A stretch of DNA of 64,000 bases from Octopus bimaculoides (lineage: Eukaryota): contig NC_068981.1 in the NCBI RefSeq assembly GCF_001194135.2, positions 132,606,423 to 132,670,422 of the forward strand, read 5' to 3'. Below are positions 10,321 through 22,379 of this stretch, in pieces. The notes beneath the pieces were generated by a model. It saw only the letters and a program-made list of their open reading frames with translations, did no database searches and was not told the DNA's origin. How positions within the stretch are numbered: position 1 is the first letter of the stretch; each line of letters opens with the position of its first letter. The position numbers and the translations under genes are program-made.

Positions 10321-11041
10321 GACATAGACATCTTTGTGGTCCTCCTACCTTTTACTCAGCAAAACATTAACAATAGGACTTCTGGATGAACTCAGCTGGT
10401 ACTCATTTTCAGCTGAGTAGTCATGAGCAACATGAGATAATACACCTTGCTCAAGGACACACCATGCTCTTCGGTCTGGGTATTGAACCAATGACCTTTC
10501 CTTATGGTTACCAGCCCAACGCATTGCCCATTAAGCCACACATCATTACATGATTTATTATTAAGGTGGGAGGAAAAAAATAGAAAAATTTGGTTTGTGT
10601 TCCTAAGAACCTAGCTACACTTAATGAAGAGTATTACAAAGGAATTTCCTAATGTTATTGCTCAGAATGTGTCCAAAGAGCCAGTCTTGTCTGGAGTAAC
10701 AATATTAATAAAATAATAAGAAATAACTCCTATTACAGTTACTAACATGAAGTTCACTCGCCTCATTGCTTGTTTATTAATTAGTAAAAAGGAATGTAAA
10801 CGGCATAACATTCTGCTGCTTTAATTAGGTTCATTTTCTAAGTTCTGTTTTCCATTAAGTGTAAAGCATCGAAGAAACTATAAATTACTTTCTTTCCTCT
10901 AGGTATATTCTCCAGATTTTGGTTTTGTTTCTGTTATGTACAAAGAGGAGAAGCATAGCTGTATGGGTAACAAGTTTGCTTTGCAGCCAGGTAATCTTGG
11001 TTCTGATTCCAATGCATCGTTTGGCATTGTCTTCTATTAGG

Positions 11042-11088
<47 letters not shown>

Positions 11089-11089
11089 T

Positions 11090-11215
11090 CCTCATCATCA
11101 TTTAATGTTCATTGTCCATGCTGGCATGGGTTGGATAGTTTGACCGGGGCTGGCAAGCTGAAGGTTGCACCAGACTCCAGTCTGATTTGGCATGCTTTCT
11201 ATGGCTGGATGCCTT
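11090..11215 (-). mobile_element. RTE LINE 3' tail
   Basis: Reverse complement of the 56400-56530 tail, including the (CAT)n end. Confidence 0.75.
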
Positions 11216-11375
11216 ATGTGTGTGTGTGAAGGCGTGTGGCTTTGTGGTTAGGCTGTTACGCTCATGGTTGCTAGATTGTGGGTTTGATTTTGTCCAGCAT
11301 GCTAACAATTGTCAGTTCACTGCCTCATGCTACAATTTGGGTGGCCAAACATATACATCTATCCTTGTTTACCTT

Positions 11376-11575
11376 TTGTGCCAGTGACACATAAACAGCA
11401 CCCATTACACTCTTGGAGTGGTTGGCATTAGGAAGGGCATCCAGTTGTAGACACTACGTTAAATCAGACTGGGGTCTGGTGCAGCCCTCCTGCTTACCAG
11501 TTCCAGTCAAACTGTCTAACCCATGCCAGTATGAAAAGCAGACACTAAATGATGATGATGATGATGATGATGACA
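11376..11575 (+). mobile_element. RTE LINE 3' tail
   Basis: GAGTGGTTGGCATTAGGAAGGGCATCCAG ... AAATGATGATGAT; matches 56360-56530. Confidence 0.85.
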
Positions 11576-11841
11576 ACACATGGGACGAATAAGGCCTGAA
11601 ATAACACTGCACACCTTACAGTGCATTGAATCATAATATGGTACTGGGCTTATTGTAGGATAATGAGAGAATGGCAAAAGCTTAATAGTGAAAGGTGTTT
11701 TGCAGCTTTGGCAGCATGGTTACATGTTCATTTCTGTGGTAAGAAGTTGTATGTTTAAATTAATTTAAAATTCCTAAACTAAAAGTAATTTTTTTTCAAT
11801 AATTATTTTCTTACAATATTCTTACAATATCATCATAATTT

Positions 11842-12052
11842 AAGGCGGCAAGCTAGCAGAGATGTTAGCATGCCAGGCAAAATACTTAGTGGTATTTCAT
11901 CTGCTGTTACGCTCTGAGTTCAAATCCCGCTGAGGTCGACTTTGCCTTTCATTCTTTTGGGGTCGATAAATTAAGTACCAGTTACATACTGGGGTCAATC
12001 TATTTGACTGGCCCCCTCCACCAAAGTTTTGGGCCTTGTGCCTAGAGTAGAA
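11842..12052 (+). mobile_element. SINE-A (tRNA-headed)
   Basis: AAGGCGGCAAGCTAGCAGA head with B-box GAGTTCAAATCC. Homologous to 61439-61674. Confidence 0.85.
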
Positions 12053-12442
12053 TTTATGATCCACTTTTAGAAGTCAGAAACAAAACTTAGTCGTGTACGA
12101 TAAGCTTATCAAACAGTTTACATCTCAAAGAAGAATAGAACTTAAATATAAGTATTTTAAGTAAATAAAATTATATGATTTCTTATTTTTCAGCATGTGT
12201 GCATAAGAAAATTATGGCTTATATTAGAATGCTTACAATTTATAGGGTATTATTAATTAGGTTTACTTTAGTGCTATATATCTGTATCCCAACTGAATTA
12301 AGTTTACATTATTTACATTTTGGATCCCACATTTTGAATTGAAATACACAATTTCTATGCCTAATTTCAATAATATTAATGGTAGTCATAGTATGGTCAG
12401 TGTGGCAACACACCTGATGACAACAATTACCATACACCACTG

Positions 12443-12444
<2 letters not shown>

Positions 12445-12478
<34 letters not shown>

Positions 12479-12695
12479 CTGTGTTTGTTTTCTACCACTG
12501 CTTGACAACTGGTATTGGTGTGTTTACAACCCTGTAACTTAGCAGTTCAGCAAAAGAGACTAATAGAATAAATACCAGGCTTTTAAAAAAACAATACTGG
12601 GGTTCATTCATTTGACCAAAAAGTCTTCAAAGTGTGTCCCAGCATGGCCACAGTCTAATGAAAGATAAAAGATAAAAGCTAGTAAAAGATAAAAG
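12445..12695 (+). mobile_element. SINE-B 3' half, CpG-decayed
   Basis: (GT)n followed by TTGACAAC..GGTGTGTTTAC..GTAACTTAGC..GCAAAAGAGAC and a (TAAAAGA)n tail. Confidence 0.75.
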
Positions 12696-13119
12696 TTATT
12701 TAGCAAATTAACTTTCTCATTATTAAATTGGAGTCAGGAACAATTTAACAGAAAATTATGATGGAAGATTATAATTTAGAGCACTTTAAAACAGATTATG
12801 TCATAGAATTTGATGCAGTCTCATGTGGGCTGGTATTAAAAGAGTTATAGTGTTATTAGCATTGATTTATTAATTCTCATGTGACCTATATTTAACTATA
12901 ATTAAACCACTTAGAATTTAAAAAATGGTGTTTTAATTATTTCCCTGAAGCTGGGACATGGGGAAAACATTACAAATTACAGGTGCCAAATAGCTCGATT
13001 GATCAGCTATGTTAAAATCGTACCAGATGTAATTAAAATTCTATAATTTGCTTTGCTAGAGTTTTTTTAAGGTTTAATATTTGTCCTTATTTTTTGACAA
13101 CAACTGCTAGTCATTGACT

Positions 13120-13500
13120 TACAGGATTACACTTACAAGAAGTCAAGCATATGCTTCATGCATACTTGAGCTTCTGATTCACTGTTGTACAGTCTCTTCT
13201 CTCTGCTTTTCCTATTACTTCTATAATGGCCTCTGTTTTTCAGACCTGACTAATCTGATACCTCTTCTACTTGGACACTCCTTGCCACTTGTCTCTCCTT
13301 CTGTTATCATTCTTGTTAAGCCCAAGGTCCCCTTCCCCAGGTCCAGGTCCCATATCAATTACTTCCCCCATTCCTTCTTCCTCAGTATACTATCCCTCTG
13401 GAATCTCCAACCTGATCGTGTTTTTCTTGTGGCTGTTGACTTTCAACAGCTTCAACAAAAAACATTAACATCTTCAGTCTTACTCATTTTTGAGGTCCTG
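13120..13500 (+). mobile_element. CR1/Jockey-group LINE relic, C-terminal end
   Basis: YYFYNGLCFSDLTNLIP...HSFFLSILSLWNLQPDRVF matches the motif LFYRY..G.CS.EL..LIP...SFFPRT..LWN.LP..VFP. Confidence 0.6.
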
Positions 13501-13959
13501 CAGAATAATATAAACCTAGTCCCTCTGTCTTTCTCTCTCACTCTCTCTTTCACTTGTGTTTTCTCTTTCTATTGTTTTATTGATTTCACTTTTTCTGTTT
13601 CTCTCTTTGTCTCCCCCTTTACCTTCTCTTTTTATATATATATATATATATATCTTTTCTCATTTGAATAATTACCTCCCTTGATGTAACACACGGCCAA
13701 AACAGCCAAACCACAGGAACATCAAGAATTATAGTATAATTCTATTCAAATTAGCAACTCACTCTCCCTGCCACCTGCTCTTGATGTAAATGTATTTGCT
13801 GTAATAGTTCTTTAAATTTGCTCCAACTGTATTTCTCTGTACAACTGTCTTTGATGACAAAATTTCTTATATATGATATAGCATTTTAACTTAACTTTCA
13901 AACAACAAATATCATAAATTACAGTTTTGTTTACTTTAGATATTTTGTTTCATTTTCAG

Positions 13960-14085
13960 CATTCATAGTCTTCATCAACTGTGCAAACGTAAGGTGGGCT
14001 GCCAGGGTGCAGGGAATTTTCACAGCAACCAAAATATTTGCTTTACTTATTGTTATTGTTGTTGGATTTTATACATTAATATCAG
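13960..14085 (+). CDS. SLC7 L-type amino acid transporter light chain (LAT2/y+LAT-like), internal exon, 126 nt, phase 1-1
   Basis: Acceptor TTTTGTTTCATTTTCAG and donor CAG/GTAAGT. Encodes FIVFINCANVRWAARVQGIFTATKIFALLIVIVVGFYTLIS, matching the LAT motif T.INC..V.WA.RVQ..FT..K..AL. The exact paralogue cannot be resolved. Confidence 0.95.
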
Positions 14086-14234
14086 GTAAGTGTTCTACAT
14101 TTACTCCTTTTTTTATATAAGAATCTTCATATGTTACCTACCAAGACCTCCTCTTGTCTCGTGTTATCAACTTACTTTTAACTGCCTTCATACCATATTA
14201 TCCAAGTTATGAACTTACCCAAAACTACACCTTG

Positions 14235-14680
14235 TCCATGTTACCAGCCCACCCAAAACTGATCCTGATCCCATGTTGCCAATCTATCTAAAACTACTTT
14301 TGGCCCCTTATTAATCCATTCGCAACTATCTGTTGTCTTGTTTTACCAACCCACAAAAGGCTACCTTTTATCCCTTGTTGCCAACCCAACCAAAACTGAT
14401 CCTGGCCCCATGTTACCAACACATCTAAAACAAACTATCTTTGGCCCTTTATTAATCCATTCATGACTACTTGTTGTTCTGTGTTACCAATCCACAAAAG
14501 GCTACCCTTTATCCCATGTCACCAACCCACCCAAGATCATACTACCATGCCCTTCACCATCTCCCAAACTCACCCTTCAGCCAATCAAGACTCCTAATGT
14601 CATGCTACCAATCTCTCCAGTACTGGGGCGTGTCACATGTTACCAAATCCACATGTTACCAAGCTGCCCAAAACTGTTCA
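14235..14680. repeat. Higher-order tandem repeat (~138-bp period, ~30-bp subunits)
   Basis: CCAAAACTGATCCTG recurs at ~14253 and ~14391. Subunits read TGTTACCAACCCAC.CAAAA. Confidence 0.7.
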
Positions 14681-14731
14681 CATTAAGGTGTCCATAATTA
14701 GATCAAAATTTTGATTGGAATTTTGTTATTA

Positions 14732-15175
14732 CATCATCATCATCATCATCGTTTAACATCCACTTTCCATGCTAGCATGGGTTGGATGATTTGACTGAGG
14801 ACTGGCGAACCTGATGACTGTACCAGGCCCCAATCTGATCTGGCAGAGTTTCTACAGCTGGATGCTCTTCCTAATGCCAACCACTCTGAGAGTGTAGTGG
14901 GTGCTTTTACGTGCCACCGACACGAGGGCCAGTCTGGTGGTACTGGCAACAGCCACGCTCAAATGGTGTTTTTATGTGCCACTTGCACAGGAGTCAGTCC
15001 AGCGGTGCTGGCAACGACCTCGCTCGAATGTTTTGTTCACATGCCACCGGCACAAGTGCTAGTAAGATGACGCTGGTAACGATCATGCTCAAATGGTGTT
15101 TTTTATGTGCCACTGGCACGGAAGCCAGACCGCTGCTCTGGCAGTGATGGTGCTGTTAGCACTCCACTGGCACTT
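14732..15175 (-). mobile_element. RTE LINE 3' tail with internal tandem units
   Basis: (CAT)n-CGTTTAACATCCACTTTCCATGCTAGC; matches the reverse complement of 56100-56530. Confidence 0.9.
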
Positions 15176-16391
15176 ACATGAATAACAATTCAAGATTTCA
15201 GTATCTAAAATAGCTATCACGGTCATAGGTTAATTCTCTGCACCAAAACTAAACCTCTCACATTATTATTACTATTTTAATATCAGTTGTGAGATATATG
15301 GATGTATTAGATTGGATTGTGTTATGGTCTTTTATTCATTATGGCCTCTTGTATCATTTCATTCATGAAGTCTAATGTCTGGTGATCTGACCTCACCTCT
15401 TCTTCCCGTCTTCTTGGTTTTCTTCTTTTGCTCTGAGTACTTTCCACTGTTGATACACGGCACATTTCTATCCAGGGTTTTATTCCCATTCATTTATATT
15501 CATATCAGTGCTATCATTTCTGCTGCATACATCAGCTGTATCATTAATTCTCAACCACATCTTGGAGTCACTTGTACTCAGCTTCACATACAAGACAAGA
15601 TTAGAATTAAGCAAAAAAAAGAAAAAAAAAAAAAAAGAAAGGGAAGCCTTTATTAGTTGGATAACTAAAGGGAATGTCCATGAACTGTGTAGGCCCTTCC
15701 ACATTGGACCCTGGTCTCCTGCTGAGTCATCAGAGTGGTGTTAGGATAAACAGCATGTCTTGTTTTGGATGTTTTAAACTTGGCAGAACCCATCTCTTTC
15801 CAGGTAGAGGCACAGCTAATTTCTTCCACATAGTACTGGACCGTTAATTTATTTATTGATCCCAGAAAGTCAAAAAGCAACGTTGATCATGGTGGGATTT
15901 GAACTCAGTGTGCAAAAGCCGGAATGAATACCATAAAACATTCTATCCAGTGCTTTAATGAGTCTGCCAATTTGCCAGTTTGGTACTGATGAGATTGTTG
16001 TGGGTGATGTTTAGTTGCAACATTTGTTGATCAATGGCTGTAGTCAGAACATAGTGGGGAAGAAATTTCAGAGGGTTGTAAGTTCTAGAGAAGAAAGAGT
16101 GGATAAATGTCCTTATTTTATCAACCTTGAAAGGATGAAAGGCAAAGTCAACTTGGGCAGAATTTGAACTCAGTATATAATAGTATACAATAGTAGTACA
16201 ATCTAGTATACAATATGCAATAGCATAGAGTATTATCGATCCATTTTGGTTGATTTTAACATTCAGTTTCACACAGGAATTAGGTAATTAGGTGATTACA
16301 TAATCCCTGCACAAATGCTATATACTAAGATTAATATACCCACTCTATTGACAAATGTATGACTGTCTGGCTCTCCTGACTAATGGATTCT

Positions 16392-16432
<41 letters not shown>

Positions 16433-16559
16433 GCGCACACATGTACATGCTTGAATATTATCAATTCTAGCTATATGTCTCATCTTTTAATCTCATAATC
16501 TGCCTACATGCATAGAAAAGACATATGTCAACTTGAATGTGGGCAATGAAATGTGTGTG

Positions 16560-16593
<34 letters not shown>

Positions 16594-16766
16594 NNNNNNN
16601 NNNNNNNNNNNNNNNNNNNNNNNNNNNNNNNNNNNNNNNNNNNNNNNNNNNNNNNNNNNNNNNNNNNNNNNNNNNNNNNNNNNNNNNNNNNNNNNNNNNN
16701 NNNNNNNNNNNNNNNNNNNNNNNNNNNNNNNNNNNNNNNNNNNNNNNNNNNNNNNNNNNNNNNNNN

Positions 16767-16806
<40 letters not shown>

Positions 16807-18169
16807 TATATGGGTACAGACGTCACAAAATGTAAACAACATGAAATACGAAAACAACCATTTTTTGCGAACAAGAGAAACAAATGGAAAACAAGACAAG
16901 TAACATAAAAACGACCCTTCATTAGTTGTCGGCTGTTTATCTACTCCACATTTCAAGCAATTCATGACTATATATATATATATATACATATATGTGTGTG
17001 TGTGTGTGTGTGTGAATATAGAAAGAATATGACTAGGATATAAAGATAACTTCTAACTGGTATCTATGTTGGTTGTGTATGAAACACAAAGAGTATGCAT
17101 GTGAGATCAGCCAAAGCCCTGTGCTAACTAGAGTGAAGCAGAGATTCATTAAATGTTTCACCTTGAGTAGGGTGGTGTCTCAGTTAGCAGTCACTCAAGT
17201 GAAACTCGTGCCCAGAACTAAATAACCCTGACTTAATACTATTTGAATGTACATTAAAAAGGATGTGTGTGTGTGTGTGTGTTAGGGTTAGGGGGCTGGG
17301 TCATTGATTTGTTGCGGTAGGGCATTGAAAAAGTGTAAAATGGAGAAAAATGGGTGCAGTAAATAAAAGTCTGAGAAGAACTGGAGTAAATGAACTAAAG
17401 GAAAGCATGCAGGTATTCTATGTATGTATTGTTTAACTGAAGGTTTAATATGTTTGTGAGTCCTGAGGTGAGTTGCCATTACAGACTATCACTAGTTACT
17501 GTTGATTTTAAGTTGGTGGTGATGGTGGGGATAAAGTTAAATAATAATTTGTTGTAAAGCACATAACCCATAAGTTTTCATGTGGAGGAAGGAACAATCA
17601 CTCGTGTTGATCCCTGCCACTACCACCACCACCACCACCACCACCACCACCACACACTTATGCACACTGTGCTTGATTGTTCCTTATTTTATCCTCCTCA
17701 GAAGGATAAAAAGCACTGTCAAGAATGACGAAGTTTGCACTCAGAAATTGAACAGAGGTTACTAAATACAGATGCAGGCATGACTGTTTGGTTAAGAAGT
17801 TCGCTTCCCAACCATGTCGGAAACACTTAAGGGGTAGCTGGAGTTAGAGTCAGTAAAACTAAACTGGCTCTGATTCTGACTCACAATGTCTTTATTCTTT
17901 AATATAAACCAGTTATAACATATAGGCCTACTCAAAGTACAAGCATGTGCATATGCTTTATGAGATATGTAGACGACAATCACTTAATTGCATAAAGAGG
18001 AGTCGGAATCAGAGTTGGAGGTGCCAATAGTACAGGAGCAAATTTTGTCTGTTGTAGCCTCGGAACAACTAAAGCTTTGCAAGTGAATTTGTCAGGCAGA
18101 AGAAAGAAACCCATTGTGCATGTGGGGTGGAGGAGGAAGAGGTAGGATGGGGGTGTTTGTGCCTCTTTG

Positions 18170-18395
18170 TATTAACATTGCAATTATGGTTGTAGGTGAG
18201 CTTCACCATTGCACAAGTGGTGTTGTTCATTTCTAGTGTCCCTGTAAACATGTCTGAGCATGAGGAAATATTAGCTTGCCTGGAAACAGGCAAGGGTTGG
18301 TGACAAGAGGGTATCCGGTCATAGAAAATCTGCCTCAATAAATTCCATCTGACCCATGCAAGCATAGAAAAGTGAATGTTAAAACAATGTTGATT
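18170..18395 (-). mobile_element. Second RTE-type tail family (family E)
   Basis: GGAAATATTAGCTTGCCTGGAAACAGG..GGGTTGGTGACAAG. Homologous to 21855-22052 (+), 30150-30400 (-) and 61190-61400 (+). Confidence 0.65.
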
Positions 18396-18480
18396 ATTAT
18401 ACTGATGCAAGACATTTTACCTGATACTCTACCGATTCCATTCCTCTAAATATTTAATGATATCAATATGAAGAAAAGGA

Positions 18481-18705
18481 AAGGCAGTGAGCTGGCAGAA
18501 TTTTAGCACACCATGCAAAATGCTTACTCTTTTTACTCTTTACTCTTTTACCTGTTTCAGTCATTTGACTGCGGCCAGGACTTATTCTTTGTAAGCCTAG
18601 TACTTATTCTATCGGTCTCTTTTTGCCGAACCGCTAAGTGATGGGGACGTAAACACACCAGCATCAGTTGTCAAGTGATTGTGGGGGGACAAACACAGAC
18701 ACACA

Positions 18706-18754
<49 letters not shown>

Positions 18755-19125
18755 GCACACACACATATAATATATATGAATACTACGGGCTTCTTTCAGT
18801 TTCCGTCTACCAAATCCACTCACAAGGCTTTGGTCGGCCCGACGCTATATTAGAAGACACTTGCCCAAGGTGCCACGCAGTGGGACTGAACCTGGAACCA
18901 TGTGGTTGGTAAGCAAGCTACTTACCACACAGCCACTCCTGCGCCTATCTTTAGCAGCATTTCATTTATCTTTACGTTCTGAGTTCAAATTCTGCTGAGG
19001 TTGACTTTGCCTTTCATCCTTTCAGAGTCAATAAAACAAGTACTAATGAAACACTGGGGTTGATGTAAGCGACTTACCCCTCCCCACAAATTTCAGGTTT
19101 GAGCCTTTAGTTTTCTACTAAAGGC
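18481..19125 (+). mobile_element. SINE-A split by an antisense SINE-B
   Basis: Head AAGGCAGTGAGCTGGCAG..AAATGCTTA at 18481-18525 resumes as TTAGCAGCATTTC..GAGTTCAAATT at 18950. Confidence 0.8.
18526..18945 (-). mobile_element. SINE-B, full length
   Basis: Minus strand begins GCAGGAGTGGCTGTGTGGTAAG (tRNA-like head), has an internal (CA)n, and ends in a (AAAAGAGTA)n tail. Confidence 0.9.
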
Positions 19126-19444
19126 ATTATTATTGTGGTTGTTGTTTATTTTTTCATCTTGTCATCATTGGCCTGCAATCATGCTCAGACACTGTCCAGA
19201 AAGGTTTTGGTTGAACAAATCAACCTCTGTACTTATTTTTAAAGTCTGGTACTGATTACATCTGTCTGTTTCACTGAACTGTTAAGTAATGGAGGTGTAA
19301 ACAAACCAACATCAGTTGTCAAGCAGCAGTGGAGACAAGCACAAAGATACAAACATACACACACGCACCATCATCATCATTAACATTTAATGTTCATGTT
19401 CCATTCAGGCATAACATAACTTGGATATATATACATATATATCA

Positions 19445-19880
19445 TCATTATCATCATCATCATCATCATCCTCATTGTTTAACATCCAATTTCCATGCTG
19501 GAATGGGTTGGACAGTTTGACTGAGGATTGGCAAACCAGAAGGCTGCATCGGCCTCCAATCTGATCTGGCAAGGTTTCTACAGCTGGATGCCCTTCCTAA
19601 TGCCAACCACTCCGAGCGTGTAGTGGGTGCTTTCATGTGCCACTGGCACAGGGGCCAGTCAGGTGGCACTGTCATCGACCCTGCAGAAATGGTGCTTTTT
19701 ACATGCCACCAGCCAGTCAGGTGGCACTGGCATTGACCACATGTGAATGCTGCTTTTTACAAGCCACCGGCACTGGCATCAGCCACACTCGAATGGTGCT
19801 CTTTACATGCCACCGGCATGGGTGCCAGTCAGGTGGCACTGGCATCGGCCACGACTACAATTTCACTTGAGTCAAAAGCT
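19445..19880 (-). mobile_element. RTE LINE 3' tail with internal tandem units
   Basis: Matches the reverse complement of 56090-56530. Confidence 0.85.
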
Positions 19881-20353
19881 CTTCTCCAAAGGATATAGAC
19901 AATATCGAGCACATGTACTCAAGGTATGTGCTTTGCTAGTTTGTGGGTAGGCTGTGCTTATGGGTGTAAGAGAATATATTCTTATCAATTTACCCGGTGT
20001 TAAAGCACACACACACACACACGAGCGCACAACACACATACACACACTCACATGTGATGGGCTTCCATAGTTTCCACCAATGAAATTCACTCATAAGGCA
20101 TTTATTAACTTGGTGGTACAGTAGAATATACTTGCCGATCCTGCCTTGCTGTGGGACTGAACCCAAAAGCTCTTGGTTGCGAAGTGAGCTCACCAGCCAC
20201 ACACTACTATTTCACATTTATCTTCTTTTACCCATTTTATCTCTATGTTTTTGTAATTCACATTTATGAAATTGTTTTGTAAGTCGCACTTATAAAATGG
20301 TTTATGAACACAGTTTTTGTTTATCATTCTTGCTATTTTTACCATTATTTCAG

Positions 20354-20453
20354 GGAAAAGTGAGACATGGAAGCGTCCATTTGAAAATACAAACAAAGAT
20401 ATTGGACACATAGCACTCTCATTTTATGCTGGCTTGTATTCCTACTCAGGGTG
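20354..20453 (+). CDS. SLC7 LAT-type transporter, internal exon, 100 nt, phase 1-2
   Basis: Acceptor ATTATTTCAG and donor TG/GTAAGT. Encodes (G)KSETWKRPFENTNKDIGHIALSFYAGLYSYSG(W), the TM6 motif ALxFYxGLxSYxGW. In frame with the flanking exons. Confidence 0.95.
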
Positions 20454-20599
20454 GTAAGTAACGACACTCTTCTTTGATGTTAGCAGTTACAAACATGCAT
20501 TTAGGAAAACGAATATGAAAATTGCTTAGTTTATTCCTCTGCACCTATGTATCTACATGTGTGTGAGAGCACTTGTGTGTGTGTATATATGTTTGTTTA

Positions 20600-20755
20600 C
20601 AATATATTGCTGGCAGAGGCAGATCTTAGCTATCACTCCAATGCACAGGTGTGCGTGGCTGACATGAGCCAACTAGCTTGAAACCGGCCAGTCCCGCAAT
20701 GCTGTCAGCTACTGGAGAGTAGTAGGGGTTCGCTTCCCCTGCTAGCAATATATTG
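20600..20755. mobile_element. Short TA-flanked hairpin element (Tc1/mariner-type MITE or Penelope-like relic)
   Basis: TA|CAATATATTGCTGGCAGAGG ... CCCCTGCTAGCAATATATTG|TA inverted ends. Confidence 0.65.
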
Positions 20756-20864
20756 TATATAAGGGTGCGGAGCTTGCACTGAAAACCAGCTGGCGGAGAA
20801 TCCACCTGGGGTTAAACTAGTAGTAACATTCATCTGCCACTTAGATGTGGCTACTAGCTTTACT

Positions 20865-20903
<39 letters not shown>

Positions 20904-21038
20904 TATATACATGACAGGAAGAAGCTGCAAGATTGCCCATAGGAATTGAACCTTGCTATAGTGTAAACTATATGGTCTTGTTAATGACTTTACTAAAGCA
21001 ACATCTAAATTAGATCACACACACACACACACACACAT

Positions 21039-21074
<36 letters not shown>

Positions 21075-21854
21075 CATTGTCTAAGTATCCCTAAGTCAGA
21101 AAAAATACAGTGTTATCAATCAACTGCTCTTAGAGAGCAGTTACCATTTTTTCCATACCACCCATCTCTAATGAGTGCAGTTATTAGATAATCTGATTAC
21201 CTAATATCCTGCACAAAACACTTTGATAAAATCAGTGGTATTAGATCTATGATACCGTATACTGTGATTAATATATACCTGCATATATTTGTGGGCACAA
21301 GCAAAGAAATTTTCTTCACAATCATATGAATCTGGGCTCAATTCCAATGTGCAGTACCTTGTGTCTGCTACCACACTTTTGGTTTGATTGAAGCATCATG
21401 AAATAAATTTGGTAGATGGAAACTGTAGCAGCCTATTGGAGACTGCAGCTGTTTTTTCATGGTATGCCTAAACAGACTTTCAGTTTAACACCACCATCTG
21501 ACCCTTAGGTGTCTTTAGTGAAGTCCACTTTACTGTAGACATTTGGCTTAGGTCAATGTACTAAAGATATCTTGGTGTCTTAAAGTCCTGCTTCTTATTA
21601 CAGCCAACAACCTATAGGCTGCTTGGTTTAAATTTATTGAATCAATAAATAGATACATATCTATAATTTGAAAGTAATATGATATCAATACCAGCTTGTT
21701 GTTTTTATACAGTATACGTTTATTATGATGATTGTAATCTACAGTGATGCAAATTCTCAAATTTCTCATGCTGAATGTTAAGTTAGCATTATTGTGAAGA
21801 TAAGCACTACACTATTACTGATAGATAGTATGGTGTCTTATCTTTCCAATAATG

Positions 21855-22051
21855 GGTCAGACAGAGTTTTACTGAGGTAGATTTTCTGTAGTCAGATGCC
21901 CTTCCTGTCACCAACTGTCACCTGTTTCCAAGTGAGGTAATATTTCCCCATAGTCAGTTGTTCTCACAGAATATTGGAAATGAATGACACTGCTTGTATG
22001 GCAGTGACATTCATTTACAACTCTCAAGTGATGTCAAGACAAAGAGGGGCA

Positions 22052-22052
<1 letters not shown>
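21855..22052 (+). mobile_element. Family E repeat
   Basis: GATGCCCTTCCTGTCACCAAC..CACCTGTTTCCAAG..GGTAATATTTCCCC; homologous to 61190-61400. Confidence 0.7.
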
Positions 22053-22087
<35 letters not shown>

Positions 22088-22111
22088 CTCTCTCTCTCTC
22101 TCTTCTCTCTC

Positions 22112-22166
<55 letters not shown>

Positions 22167-22379
22167 CAGTCCGATATATATAGTCCGATGACTACGGACC
22201 NNNNNNNNNNNNNNNNNNNNNNNNNNNNNNNNNNNNNNNNNNNNNNNNNNNNNNNNNNNNNNNNNNNNNNNNNNNNNNNNNNNNNNNNNNNNNNNNNNNN
22301 NNNNNNNNNNNNNNNNNNNNNNNNNNNNNNNNNNNNNNNNNNNNNNNNNNNNNNNNNNNNNNNNNNNNNNNNNNNNNNN

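Noticed and set aside
11659-11738. AG...GTAAG-bounded 80-nt segment in compatible phase upstream of the 126-nt exon
   Set aside because: The peptide IMREWQKLNSERCFAALAAWLHVHFC does not resemble the expected FP.C.PP...RLLAA region, and the donor overlaps a SINE-B-head-like sequence.
13114-13671. 185-aa ORF as a host gene
   Set aside because: It is a LINE C-terminal relic running into low-complexity CT/AT sequence.
14890-15175. CRISPR-like repeat-spacer array
   Set aside because: Eukaryotic context; the units are degenerate tandem repeats of the RTE 3' UTR without unique spacers.
16895-16960. Permuted hammerhead (GAAA...CUAAUGA AGG) on the minus strand
   Set aside because: Stems I and III cannot be formed convincingly.
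16467-16989. Long ORFs rich in YI, TH, CV or X (also 22034-22536, 28279-28839, 31193-32298, 60251-60927, 61517-62511)
   Set aside because: Artefacts of dinucleotide microsatellites and N gaps.
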